A stretch of 63,985 nucleotides of DNA, filler included, from Catajapyx aquilonaris (GCA_000934665.2; 3 parts of 3 records of this genome joined end to end with filler, not necessarily neighbours in it); one strand, 5' to 3'; counted from the first letter of the whole stretch, positions 40,280-52,450 are shown. The notes: a model not told the origin generated them from the sequence alone. Program-made: numbers and translations.

Positions 40280-42810
40280 TTACAAGTTTTTAGCAACTAC
40301 TGTAGTTACGCTCAAGATCTTTGGTCATGCAACAAAGAATTGGTTTTGTAACAGCAAGGGTTAGTTATGCCATGACACCCAATACTTTGCAGTGGAGATT
40401 GCAAATAGCAATATCAAGCAGATTGACTCAATTTTTGGCCTACTCGGTTGAAAATCAGGCTACAAAAATTGCAAAATGATCATTTCCCCCCTATTTTGAT
40501 GTGGCTGCAGGATGCAGTTTGATGCAAAAGAACCAGTTAAATTTGAATTTCTAGAACAATGGTGGGTGATGCTCAATTCTTAGAGATTTCTTATTGTCTT
40601 ATTGTCATTTAATGAAACTGATTGAACTGTACACTAGGGGAGCACATTATAATACCTGTTTTTGAAGGGATATCAAACTGCAACCAACATCAATTTCTTT
40701 TAACTTCAGCATTAGAGAACAATGCTCAACTATAAATATAATTATGCGTTGCATCAGTTATTTGAAAATTAGTTAATTTTTTTTTGCATATTCCAACTGT
40801 ATTTTGTAGTCTCGTGGCTGCCTCATGGTCCCACATGGAAAAAAAACTGCAAACTCACAATATTTCAAATCCTGATTTTCACTATTGAATTTAGGATTAT
40901 AACAGAATTGTACTTCTTGTATTGTTAGCTGCAACATACACAAAAATTGTTGGTTACCATAAAAAATGAAAATAATCTCTGAACGCCTCTTTTGTTGCAG
41001 GAATAAAAATCTTGGGTAATGTACAGTACAGTATACACAATGTAATGTTGTTCCACTACTCCACCTGTGTTCAGAGCATGCAGATACAGTAATTTTATTG
41101 TCTACAGTCTTCATCAGGTCCATATGGGGTCTATGCAAATGTGATAAAATGTGATTGTTCTAATATATGAAGCTACCTCCTTGTGATACATGTTAGAAGC
41201 ATAACCATTCTAACAGAAAAAACTTGCTAGCATATGGTAGATTAAGTAATACTGTCAAACTAGACATGGTATCTGTAAGATGCCAGTTTTGTTTAAAGGG
41301 CAAATATTTTTAGTGCTTGATAGTGCCTGATAAAAAGTGGAAGTTGGAATATATTACAAAGCAGGACAATTTCTGAGATGTAATTGAGTGACACTGAAGC
41401 ATCAAAGTGATTAACACCTCAGGTATAATAATAATTATTGTAATGCTGAAAATCTTTGTTCTTGCAGCAGAGAGTTTTGCAATAGGAATGATTACTTTTG
41501 TCATGATACTTAATAACTTACCTTGCAGTGGAAATTGCTTTATTAGCAGTTATTCTGCTTGATACTGTTAGCTGCAATTTCCACTGCAAGGTAAGTTATT
41601 AAGTATCATGACAAAAGTAATCATTGCTATTGCAAAACTCTCTGCTGCAAGAACAAAGATTTTCAGCATTACAATAATTATTATTATAACTGAGGTGATA
41701 ATCACTTTGATGCTTCAGTGTCACTCAATTACATCTCAGAAATTGTCCTGCTTTGTAATATATTCCAACTTCCACTTTTTATCAGGCACTATCAAGCACT
41801 AAAAATATCTGCCCTTTAAACAAAACTGGCATCTTACAGATACCCTGTCTAATATGACAGTATCACTTGTTCTACCATATGCTAGCAAGTTTTTTCTGTT
41901 AGAATGGTTATGCTTCTAACATGTGTCACAAGGAGGTAGCTTCAAATATTAGAACAATCACATTTTATCACATTTGCATAGACCCCATATGGACCTGATG
42001 AAGACTGTAGACAATAAAATTACTGTATCTGCATGCTCTGAACACAGGTGGAGTAGTGTAACAACATTACATTGTGTATACTGTACTGTACATTACCCAA
42101 GATTTTTATTCCTGCAACAAAAGAGGCGTTCAGAGATTATTTTCATTTTTTATGGTAACCAACAATTTTTGTGTATGTTGCAGCTAACAATACAAGAAGT
42201 GTTATAATCATAAATTCAATAGTGAAAATCAGGGTTTGAAATATTGTGAGTTTACCATTTTTTCCCCATGAGGCAGCCATGAGGCTACAAAATACAGTTG
42301 GAATGTGCAAAAAATTTAACTAATTTTCAAGTAACTGATGCAACACATAATTATGTATATAGTTGAACATTTTTCTCTAATGCTGAAGTTAAAAGAAATT
42401 CATGTTGGCTGCAGTTTGATATCCCTTCAAAAACAGGAATTATAATGTGCTCCAGTAGTGTACAGTTCAATCAGTTTCATTAAAATGACAATAAGACAAT
42501 AAGAAATCTCTAAAAATTGAGCATCACCCACCATTGTTCTAGAAATTCATATTTAACTGGTTATTTTGCATCAAACTGCATCCTGCAGCCACATCAAAAT
42601 AGGGGGAAATGATCATTTTGCAATTTTTGTAGCCTGATTTTCAACCCAGTAGGCCAAAAATTGAGTCAATCTGCTTGATACTGCTATTTGCAATCTCCAC
42701 TGCAAAGTATTGGGTGTCATGGCATAACTAACCCTTGCTGTTACAAAACTAATCCTTTGTTGCATGAACAAAGATCTTGAGTAACTACAGTAGTTGCTAA
42801 AAACTTGTAA
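40280..42810. repeat. Large inverted duplication (arms 40280-41538 and 41574-42810, 35-nt spacer)
   Basis: Mirror-image ORFs (41310-41504 minus vs 41608-41802 plus; 40773-41138 minus vs 41974-42207 plus). Arms are highly similar with scattered substitutions and small indels; the right arm runs to the contig end. Confidence 0.95.
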
Positions 42811-42813
42811 TAT

Positions 42814-42913
42814 NNNNNNNNNNNNNNNNNNNNNNNNNNNNNNNNNNNNNNNNNNNNTTAATTAATTAANNNNNNNNNNNNNNNNNNNNNNNNNNNNNNN
42901 NNNNNNNNNNNNN
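42814..42913. other. Artificial contig-join linker N44-TTAATTAATTAA-N44
   Basis: Same 100-nt structure as 21246-21345. Confidence 0.95.
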
Positions 42914-44361
42914 GTTATTATCACACTATTGTCACTTTCCAGTATTAGTCAGGATGCATGGAGTTACTGAATGATCGGGAAGGAGTCCCCAGTGGCAACG
43001 ACAGAAAGAAGGCTAAGCACTCTCCACATGACGATGTCCGAACACGACCAGTTGCCAGGTAACGCCAAAGTCGTTGTTTACACTTGTTATATGCTATTGT
43101 GTCCAGCACTGTACCAAATTGTTTGACATTGAATGTGATGAGGTCATAAAAATAACTAGGCAAAAAAAATTCTGTACCAATTGATTAATAAGAAATAAAA
43201 AATAATTAGACAAAAAAAATCTGCATATAAAAATGTTCGACATGGAAGTCGAGAGCGTAAAAATTACTACACAAAATATAATTTTTGTAGCAAGTGAGTG
43301 ATATTCACTGGGATATAATAATAAAAAATTGGACAAAAAGAATATAAGCGCACAAAATGTTTCACAATTCAATGTGACATCATAAAAGTAACTTTGTGAA
43401 TTACTTTTTGATTCGTATCATTGTCCTCAGCTACGCGGAGTCAAGTGAGGGAGGGTGTGACACCGGGGCTGCCCTTGGACCAGTTTGGCTGTACGTTGCT
43501 TCGGATGGAAAAATTGTCCTTGGACTTAATCAGTGTACTACTAGTCCATGGTAGACCCTAAACAAGTTTGTGCTCGGGTAGGTTGAAGGGGTAGACTACA
43601 ATAGGTAGGTAACGGGAAGGAAAAGGCAGACCGTCTGGGCCTGATCTGAAAAGATTACTTCAAATGAGTATTAAAATGTCACTGTAACCACAATATTGTG
43701 GAGAATACACAACATTCAATGTACATGTTGCTGGGTTCTGAAAAAGATTTCTCACAAATGTTATTGTGGCTTTGCCATGCACATATTCCAGCGATTAATC
43801 GCCAAGCCACAACAACATTTGTTGACCTGCGGCGCACAAAGAAAATGACCAGTATTATAGGGCAGATACAGTCCAACCTCACCTTTAATGACCCTATGGC
43901 GGCCCCGGGGCGGAGAAGACCATCCATTCGGAGAGCTTCAATCAGCGTCTGTCTCAAATCATCTGCCCCTGAGTCTCTCTGTAGCCTCGTCTCTTCGGCT
44001 GGACCCCAGGGCGGCCCCCGGTGCTCCTCCGAGGGCGCAAAAGGACCAGGGGCCAGCCAGATGAAGGTGGATCAAAAGGAGCGGTAAAAGGAAAAGGCCG
44101 ACTAACCCGCCATTATGATTGAGACAAAGGGAACAATGTTAATCACATTTACCGACGAGCTCATGGGAAGCGGCGCCACCAATTTCCCCTATTTTTTGAA
44201 CTTTTGAATTGAATTTTTGAATTTTTGAATAAATATTTGGATTTTACTTTGAATTTTTGGATAAATATTAAAATTTTTGAATATATATATTAATTTTATA
44301 TGTAATTTTAATATGTACACTACCCAGGAAGGTTTTGAACAATTTGAACTTTCAGCGCGAG

Positions 44362-44728
44362 TTTGGACCAATCAAAATGGGTTTACACCATCCAGCATAC
44401 CGCAATTGGTGCGCATGCGTCTGGCAAGGTTGAGTTTACGATTGGCTGTCATTTCGCATCTTGTTTCATGTAAACGGCCACCAGTTTGGACCAATCAAAA
44501 ACCAGGTTGTACCATCCAGTCTAACTTATTAGTGCGCAAGCGTCTTTCAAGATTCGAGGTTTCGATTGGGTGTCATCACGTATCTTGTTTCATGTAAACG
44601 GCACCATTTTTGGACCAATCACGACTAGGTTATACCATCCAGTGTGGGTCATCATACTGCACATGCGTCTTGCAGGATTTAGAGCTCCGATTGGCTGGAA
44701 TGAAGGAAGCTTGTCACATGTAAACGGT
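44362..44728. repeat. Three diverged ~123-bp tandem units
   Basis: Each unit reads tttggaccaatca..accatccag..gcg/aca(t/a)gcgtct..(c)gattgg..catgtaaacgg. Confidence 0.85.
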
Positions 44729-45082
44729 AACATATTTCCAACAAAGTTTTCCAAATATTAACATATTTAACAAATATTTTAATTAAATTCGTGTTAATCA
44801 CATTTGTTTAATTTTAACCATTGCGTTTCGTTTGTTAAAATTAGCAATAATTGCAGAACACATGGCAACACTGAGTGCCTTCAAGATGGCGCCGATGAAA
44901 CAGCGGCATCGGCATCGACATCGACATACCATTTTCGTACTTCATTTTCGCCCATTTATAGCTGAAACAAACACCCTGTATTGCTACCACCTACTTTCGC
45001 TCAGCGAGGTACATCGCTGATGATTCGCTCCCATGTAAACGCGGCTTGTGGTTGTGAAAAATTCTGAAGCAAGAAAAAAATC

Positions 45083-45550
45083 ATGGTATTTGGAAGGCAT
45101 AACAAAATTTCCTTGCTATCCTAGATCCGAGTCACAAGAATAGGTGTGCAAAGGACCAGAGTCGACAGTGGAGCAACACCTGACGCCTCTGTGTTTGTAC
45201 TGGTCGACTGAGAAGCTTCATTTGTGCCCGAGTTGCTCAGGCGCTGGCTTGCTACTGCCTATGTATTTTTGCACGACTTGTATGAAGGGGTCGGACAGAA
45301 AACATTTTCGTGTTGCATGTCAGTACCATCACAGCTGTTCATGTGTCTCACAGAAAATGCATTGCAAATCCTGCGCTATAGATTTTTATTGTAATGACTG
45401 TGAATATGGTGAGCAACGCTACTTCCATTTATTTCCATGTGCGAGACTCTATTTGCGTGTAAAAAATGTTCCACGTTAGCTGATGTGCGACAGAGTGGTG
45501 ATGACAGTTATTATATGTCTCTTCATCGCTTTTATGATTTTGTGGACTAG
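45083..45550 (+). CDS. Putative small Cys-rich (zinc-binding?) protein, ~112 aa; exons 45083-45085, 45144-45408, 45480-45550
   Basis: aaaatcATG|gtattt..aatag|GTG..GAATATG|gtgagc..gttag|CT..TAG gives a phase-consistent product with 13 Cys including four CxxC. Introns of 58 and 71 nt match the short introns elsewhere in the window; a CAAGATGGCG motif lies near 44882. Confidence 0.5.
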
Positions 45551-46212
45551 GTATGGGAAATGCTAAAGTGGTCATGGTTATAGTTCACAACCTGAAGGGT
45601 TTCAGCGGCCAGTTTATTATGGAAGAGCTGATTATTGTGCTGGTACCTTCAATTATTATTGCCAATGGTCTTAAGATAATACATATGAGGGATGGATATG
45701 TAACGTAAAATAGTGCTAATTTCCTGCCAGTGTCCCTAGCAAAACTCCCCGAGGTGGTTGGGTTCACCGAATTAATCCGTATCTGCCAAATATTTTGGAT
45801 CATCAGGGTTATTGTGTGGTTCTCCTGCCAGTCATATTATGATTTTAAAAAAGGAGCGTTGTAGTAGTTCTGTTTCATCCACTTACACTACATATTTGCA
45901 ATAAATTGTAAGGCAATTTTAACAACGCTTTTTTTGTACCATTTCCTACATTTCACTTTTGGATTTGTACGTCTGGGTTATATAACATGGAGGCACTTTT
46001 ATGGTTATTGAATTAGGATTGTGCTGCGTCTCACATGTTTTCCTCCTGACACCGCGGCAATAAACTTTGATCAGATGCATACAGGACATTTAACATTTTC
46101 CAAACACAAAATTTGTAATTTATATCTCAATGGTCATGACAAAAATGGATAAAAATTGCACATTCGAAGAAGGGTCAATGGTTAAACGGTTAATTAATTT
46201 CATTAAAAACTG

Positions 46213-46350
46213 GTAACGACTAGCATAATTATGATAACCGCTACTAGTGGGGAAAGTAGCGGCGATTTGTGATAACAGCGATGCTATTGGATAGATCCCC
46301 TTGAGTCTGAACGCGCCCCAAAAATATTCCGAGTTTCCAAGATGGCGTCG
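46213..46350 (+). promoter_or_regulatory. Conserved ZNF-cluster promoter block (also ~49920-50055, ~52620-52762, ~54855-54992, ~57305-57447, ~62443-62588)
   Basis: Ordered motifs AACGACTAGC, CCGCTA-N11/13-TAGCGG, AGCGATGC, TCTGAACGC(A/G)CC and (C/A)AAGATGGC (YY1/Pho consensus), the last ~70-80 nt before each ATG. Confidence 0.75.
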
Positions 46351-46417
46351 TTCTTTTCAATCCGAAAGTGATTTTCCTTCCTTATTTTCTCTCATTTTGA
46401 TGAAATCTGAGCCTGGT

Positions 46418-47513
46418 ATGGAGGCAGGGGATGCTGAGGAGTGAGTATGGGAGGCATGGGAGTGGTACAGTACCTCATGAGTCCCTCAAAAGGTATAATT
46501 CCTTCAGGAACAAGCCAATGGCAATTAAGGCGGAAGTGAAAGAAGAAGGGTGTGATGATGAGGACAGCATCACCATTGAGGAGGAGACATGGAAGATTGG
46601 GATTGAAGAAGACATCTCGTCACACTTTCAACTGCATCCAGTTGGTCCAGTGGAAGACATCAGCAGCATCGAGGTGGAGGAAGAGGAGGCTTCAGTTGCC
46701 ATACCAGCTGCCCCTGACGATGTGGATGATCCATTGGCCATTAAAAGGACCAGCCAGGTGTGTCCCGTTTAGTCACACAAAAGCTAAGCTATAAGATTCT
46801 ACTAAAGTACTGATATCTTTCAGGTAGAAGAGGAGAAGACCTACGAAGGTAAATTGCAAGAGGGCATCCAATTGAATGTACTTTATGTGACTCCCAGTGG
46901 AAGAGGATTGAGCACCGGTGCCCCATTCGATTTGGCGACTCATGAGAAGGCGTCTGGGACCTACCGTGTGTGGTCGTGCAAAGGAAGGAAACCATTGCGA
47001 TGTCTGGATTGCAAGAAAAAGTTTGCTTGGCCGTCACATTTGAAAGAACATATACAATTAATTCACGGAGGGGAAAAGCCCCTTCGTTGTGATGTTTGTG
47101 GAAAAGTGTTGCCAAACTTATCTGCTTTAAAAACACATGTGTGGATTCACACAGGCGAGAAGCCATTTTCATGTGACCTTTGTGGGGAAAGCTTCATTGT
47201 GGAAAGTATTCTTAAAAGACACTCTGATATTCACATTGGGGAAAAATGGTTTAGTTGCCAGATTTGCAAGGGAACATTTTGTATTTTATCTCATCTCACT
47301 GAACATATTATAAGGCACACAGACAAGAAGCTTCGCCTGAAGCCCTTTTCTTGTGTTGTGTGTGGAAAAATGTGTCCTCTGGCATATGATTTGCAGGAGC
47401 ATGTGAAAACCCACAGAGGAAAAATTCCATTGAATTGCTACGCTTGCAAGACAAAGTTTAATGATGGATCTCCTTTGAAAAAAAAAACATGCAAAAAAAT
47501 GCGCAGTAAATGA
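46418..47513 (+). CDS. C2H2 ZNF gene A (acidic N-terminal domain + 5 intact fingers); exons 46418-46440, 46508-46757, 46824-47513
   Basis: Phase-consistent GT-AG splicing; IKAEVKEE..DDPLAI; PFDLA; five CxxC..HxxxH(x) fingers. The sixth finger is broken by a slip in an A-run near 47478. Confidence 0.82.
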
Positions 47514-47620
47514 ACTGATTTAGTTGTCCGGTTTGCAAGAAGGAGTCTGTCCACTTATTTGAAAAGTCATGCTTACATATCCAGGAGAGAAGCCATTTTT
47601 GGCAGGTTTGCATAAGGGCA

Positions 47621-47665
<45 letters not shown>

Positions 47666-47682
47666 AGTAGGGCTACTAATAA

Positions 47683-49010
47683 CTCTGGTGAACAAAAAGA
47701 ATTTGTTTTTCTCTGTTGCATGAGATTTTTCAACTGATTCTAAGTATTCTTTCAACGCTGATTTCAAATCTAAAATCGGTTTTTCTCTACATGCTCTAGT
47801 TTTCATGCAATTTGAAACTTGTGATTTTAAAGGGACACCCATTGCTATTTACACTGGGGGTAGCTTTAGAATTAGGCTTAGAGCTACCATATCAGCTCGT
47901 CTTGATGAAACATTTCGTGAAGGCATTAATTACTGATGGTGAATGTTTTCAAGCATCACAATATGCATTACAGTTGAAAAAAAAAGTCCCAATTTTGAAA
48001 CCCTGTAAGTTGAAAACTGGTAGACATATCTAAATGATTTAAGTTTTGAAATGTTAAGAAATGTCTAAAGTTTTGGTCTCACCTTAGTTTGTTTCGATGT
48101 GAGCTTCATTTTTCACTCGAGAAATCAAAAATACTGTATTCGGTCTTGAGGCAAGCCCACTCAATCTTATCTGGAGTTACCGTTGCTATCCTAACCCGTA
48201 GGTGTTGGAAGATGACTGGTCTTTACACCACAAACATTATTGTTCTTGATGATGCACATGAAAAGTAGCCTCATACAAACAACCCTGCCATTGGAATGTT
48301 TCTCTTGTTCAGCCTCTCAGTGTGCGAAGTCTTGAATGAGAAGTTTCCCAATGCCTAGACCCCCAGAAGCTCAGATATTACACAGATTGACTTTTTTGTG
48401 GAGATACATATATGGTGAAAAGATCTGGCATCATCAGCACCTACGCCCTACGGGAACATAAATTGCAACGATAACACCAGACATACGTCTGAGCTGGTTA
48501 GACACGACACCGATTACCATATTTACATTTGCCGAGCGACAAATTAAGCTCATATCAAAACAAACTAAGGTGAGCCCAAAACGTTAGACATTTCTTAGTG
48601 TTTCAAAACGTAAGTCATTAAGATATGTCTACAAGTTTTCGAGTTATAGGATTTAAAAATTGTCACATTCCTTTTCGATATTTTTTTGACCTTTTCGAAC
48701 TTTAATGCATATTGTGATGCACCTGCGACTTTTTTTATTCACAAAAAATTAGGCTTAAACAACCGTCTTGGTAAAGTTACCAAGACGGTTGTTTAAGCCT
48801 AACTTCAAGACTGTATGGCCATAAATTCCTCAGCGAGATCTTGTCATCATGCGACAGGCGTCAAAATGTCGCAAAAACTTAAAAAATTGAATTGTAGAAA
48901 ATCTGGAGCTTACAGAGAAAAACTAAAATCAGATTTGAATATTCAGCACACTCAAATTAGGCAAGAACAAGTGCTGGTATCAATGCAACAAAAAATGTGT
49001 TCCCCCAGTG
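47683..49010. mobile_element. Non-autonomous DNA transposon, probably Chapaev3/CMC-like
   Basis: Ends ctctggtgaaca.. / ..tgttcccccagtg, both flanked by TAA. Inverted subterminal similarity (gctgatttcaaatct vs agatttgaatattcagc) and inner inverted arms ~47953-48105 / ~48546-48720. Confidence 0.55.
48749..48802. repeat. Perfect 26-bp-arm hairpin
   Basis: ttaggcttaaacaaccgtcttggtaa-ag-ttaccaagacggttgtttaagcctaa. Confidence 0.95.
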
Positions 49011-49443
49011 TAATAATATACATACCGTATGTAATCAGCATACTTTTGACCAAATTATCACCTCCACTTGGCAATCACATTGATGCACATATATCATATA
49101 TCATCATCTTATTAAATTCTTTAGAGACTGTCCAAATCCAGCTTTTATTTGGACATTGTGACTAGTTATTCTACGTCTAAGCGTAAGCATATTTCAGTAA
49201 GGAAATCTGTCTGTGCATTTTAAAGTTTAGTAAGCCAATTGATTGAATGCTTTGTTGCTGCAATTGGCCTTCCCCCCTGTCTCTAATTAAATATAAGCAT
49301 TTAAGTCCCCCCAGATGAGCGAGTTATAAAATATATGCTTGATGTATTAAATGGGCATGTCAAATATTTACAATGACAACGACATATTTGCAATAAATTG
49401 TAAGGAAATTTTAACAACATTTTTTTTTTGTACCATTATTTCC

Positions 49444-49766
49444 TCCCAGGCAACACACCAGGTCCAAAGGACGTCCCGAGGCCGTCCTGCAAGTCCAGTA
49501 TTGGTCTTGGTCATTATTTGGGGCATCCTTTGGACGTCCGTATACCCAGCAGGTAGCACATCGATATCCGTAGGACATCACCTGCGGATGTCTCCCAGAT
49601 ATCAGATTCAGGCATCTTGTGGACATCCATTAGATATCCATGGAACATAATATGGATGTTCCCTGGATGTCTGACTTGAGCAAGTCAGACCGGTCCAACT
49701 CAACATCCAGGGGACATCCATATTACGTTCCATGGATATCTAATGGATGTCCACAAGATGCCTGAA
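49444..49766. mobile_element. Fold-back MITE-like insertion upstream of ZNF B
   Basis: ggacgtcc/ggatgtcc-rich, with ~63-bp inverted arms at 49607-49766. Begins just after homology with the gene A upstream region (~45892-45942 vs 49383-49437) stops. Confidence 0.65.
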
Positions 49767-50121
49767 AAATAATATTCCAAATGTTTTTCAAAAAAAAAAA
49801 AAAAAATCCTTCTGATCGGTTAGAAACAGTTAGTGGGGGACCCAAATAAAGGTTTTCTCACACAAATTATTGAAAATTGATCTTCGAGTCCAATCAATAC
49901 GGTTTAATTCAGTTCAGGAGCGACTAGCAGATTTCTGATAACCGCTAATGGTGAGAGGTAGCGGTTCTTTCCCGATCGCAGCGATGCGATCAGTGTTTCG
50001 CAGTTTGAACGACAGTCTCTGAACGCGCCCCAATAGAAATTCCAAGATGGCGTCGTCTCTTCAGTCCGCTAGTGATTTTCCTGCTGAATTTTCGCAAATT
50101 TTGGCGAAATCCGAGCCTGAT

Positions 50122-51254
50122 ATGGAGGCAGACGATGCGGGGTGAGTAGTGCAAAGCTGTGGGTGTGAATCGCAGTAGCACTGAAGCAGTATTGGAAATT
50201 TATTCTGGTTTTGTCACTCGATTTAGAGAATGTTCATGGAAATCTATTTGCTGAATATGTAATGTTCACTTGCCCTGAATTGCCCCGTGTACTTCACGTG
50301 CTACTGAAAACTTATCATGTTCTGCAGGAGCAAGCCACGAAAAATTAAGGCGGAAGTGAAAGAAGAAGGGTGTGATGATGAGGACAGCAGCATCACCATT
50401 GAGGAGGAGACCTGGAAGATTGGGATTGAGGAAGACAACTCGTCACACTTTCAACTGCATCCAGTTGGACCAGTGGAAGACATCATCAAGGTGGAGGAAG
50501 AAGAGGCTTCAGTTGCCATACCAGCTGCCCCTGACGATGTGGATGATCCCTTGGCCATTAAAAGGACCAGCCAGGCATGTTTAGCCACTCAAAAGCTAAT
50601 CAATAAGCTATAAGATTCCACTAAAGTACTGACATCTTTCAGGTAGAAGAGGAGAAGACCTACGAAGGTAATTTGCAAGAGGGCATCCGATTGGATGCTA
50701 ATGGGACTCCCAGTGGAAAAGGATTGAGCACGACTGGTGCTCCATATGATTTGGCAACTCATGAGAAGAGAGAGGCGGCCAAGACGTCTGGGACCATCCA
50801 TGTGAGGTTGCGCAAAGGAAGGAAACCACTGCGATGTCTGGCTTGCGCAAAAGAGTTTGTTTCGCCTTCACAGTTGAAACAACATGTGCTGATTCACACA
50901 AGGAAAAGGCAGATTAAGTGTCTCGTTTGTGAGAAAACCTTCTCTCATGCGTTTAGTGTTGAATCACACATGAGAAGTCATACAGGGGAGAAGACCTTTT
51001 GTTGTGATGGTTGTGAAAAAACGTTTCATACCTCAGCTGATTTAAAGTCACATAAGAGAATTCACGTAGGTGAGAAGAATTCCTTTAGTTGTGATGTTTG
51101 TGGAAAAGTGTTGCATAACTCATCTGCTTTAAAAACACATATGTGGATTCACAGACGCGAGAAGCCATTTTCTTGTCACCTTTGTGGGAAAAGCTACATT
51201 TATGAAAAATTCTTTAAAAGACACTTTGATAATATTCACATGGGAGAAAAATGA
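50122..51254 (+). CDS. C2H2 ZNF gene B (5 fingers); exons 50122-50141, 50328-50574, 50643-51254
   Basis: Close paralog of gene A; intron 2 donor is GC (CAG|GCATGT); PYDLA motif. Ends at TGA where gene A has TGG, followed by a SINE. Confidence 0.78.
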
Positions 51255-51319
51255 TTTANGGGGGGATCGCCTCCGTTTTCTGTGCAATATTACTTCCGCA
51301 TGTTTTTTCTTTCTCTCCG

Positions 51320-51536
51320 GTGCAGGGGACAGGGAAGGTATAAGAGGGAGGGACAGTGGTGCAGTGCATTGTCTTGTGGTGTGGCCTATTTTATGGTACG
51401 ATCCCAGAATTTTCCTGGGTCGACCTTGGAAAACCACGGAAAACCAAGGTCAGGACCGCCGGCCTCTGGGACTCGAACCTAGGACCTCCCGATTAGCAGT
51501 CGGACACCATATCCACTCCACCACTACTGCTTCGGT
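51320..51536 (-). mobile_element. tRNA-derived SINE family A (variant body)
   Basis: Family A head (ACCGAAGC..CTGCTAA..GGTTCGAGTCC on minus). The 3' body contains gacaatgcactgcac, similar to family C. Confidence 0.8.
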
Positions 51537-51741
51537 GCCTCACTTTTACTCTAGTTCACAGAATGCATCATAATACCAGTACAGTTAATTACAGTATGCC
51601 TATGAAATATTTGTCTAGCCCTTTGATTTTTTGTGATTTTATACTCCACACATCCGCAATAGTAAAATTTGTGCGAGGTTTTTTTTCGGTCCTATTTATG
51701 GGTTTATTTGTGCCTATAATTAGTGCAATATTTTCTTTAAT

Positions 51742-51857
51742 AATATCGACGCCTAAGGATTATATTGTTGTATGTAGTATGTTAAAGGATTATATTGTCG
51801 TATGTCGTATGTTAAAACATACGAGATACGACAATATAATCCTTAGGCGTCGATATT
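51742..51857. mobile_element. Short inverted-repeat element (mini-MITE)
   Basis: aatatcgacgcctaaggattatattg ... caatataatccttaggcgtcgatatt, with an internal duplication. Confidence 0.7.
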
Positions 51858-52269
51858 GCAAATTCAATATGTATATCAGTTATTCTGTGCTTAAAACTGG
51901 GATTTTTGGTATATATTACAAGCTTTATAGGTTTATTTTCACAAGTTTTAATTTAGTTCATAATTTGTGTTAGCTTGTGGCTCCCGTCGTCGCTGACTAC
52001 CCCTTATAGGGAAATGTCATGATGGTGATGATGATGATGATGACAATCTACCAATAAACAATTTGCCCACTTACATCAGATGCTTTTTATTTACGAAATA
52101 TTGACGATATTCTTTACACATACCGGTATTTTAGGGATTTTGTATGTATGGAGGATGTTACGCACTAAAATAAAGAGAGAGGTAAAAATGCCAGAGTAAT
52201 TCATGATCTGTAACCAAGTGGACAACAAATTCATGTCAAGGGTTAAAGTGTAATCAATATTCAATGAGC

Positions 52270-52450
52270 GGGTAACGACTAGCGTAATCTGATTATTGGT
52301 GTAAAGTAACGGCGTTTTCTAATAACAGCGATGCAAGTAGACGGCGCTGCACTAATAAATTCACATCTTTCAGGGAGAAGAGAAGACCTGTGAAGGAAAT
52401 TTGAAGGAGTTCATCTCCTTTGATGTACTTTACGGGACTCCCAATTTTGA
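52270..52450 (+). pseudogene. Deleted ZNF-cluster unit (promoter fused to exon 3 acceptor)
   Basis: The gtaacgactagc..aacagcgatgc promoter piece joins directly to cacatctttcag|ggagaagagaagacctgtgaagg; no fingers follow. Confidence 0.7.

Noticed and set aside
41310..41802. Twin 64-aa hydrophobic ORFs as a toxin/antitoxin-like pair
   Set aside because: They are mirror images produced by the inverted duplication of AT-rich DNA in a eukaryotic context, with no other coding signal.
41990..42030. Hammerhead ribozyme (CTGATGA core) suggesting a Penelope pLTR in the inverted repeat
   Set aside because: The required GAAA after stem II is absent (reads caataaaa) and the flanking stems are not evident.
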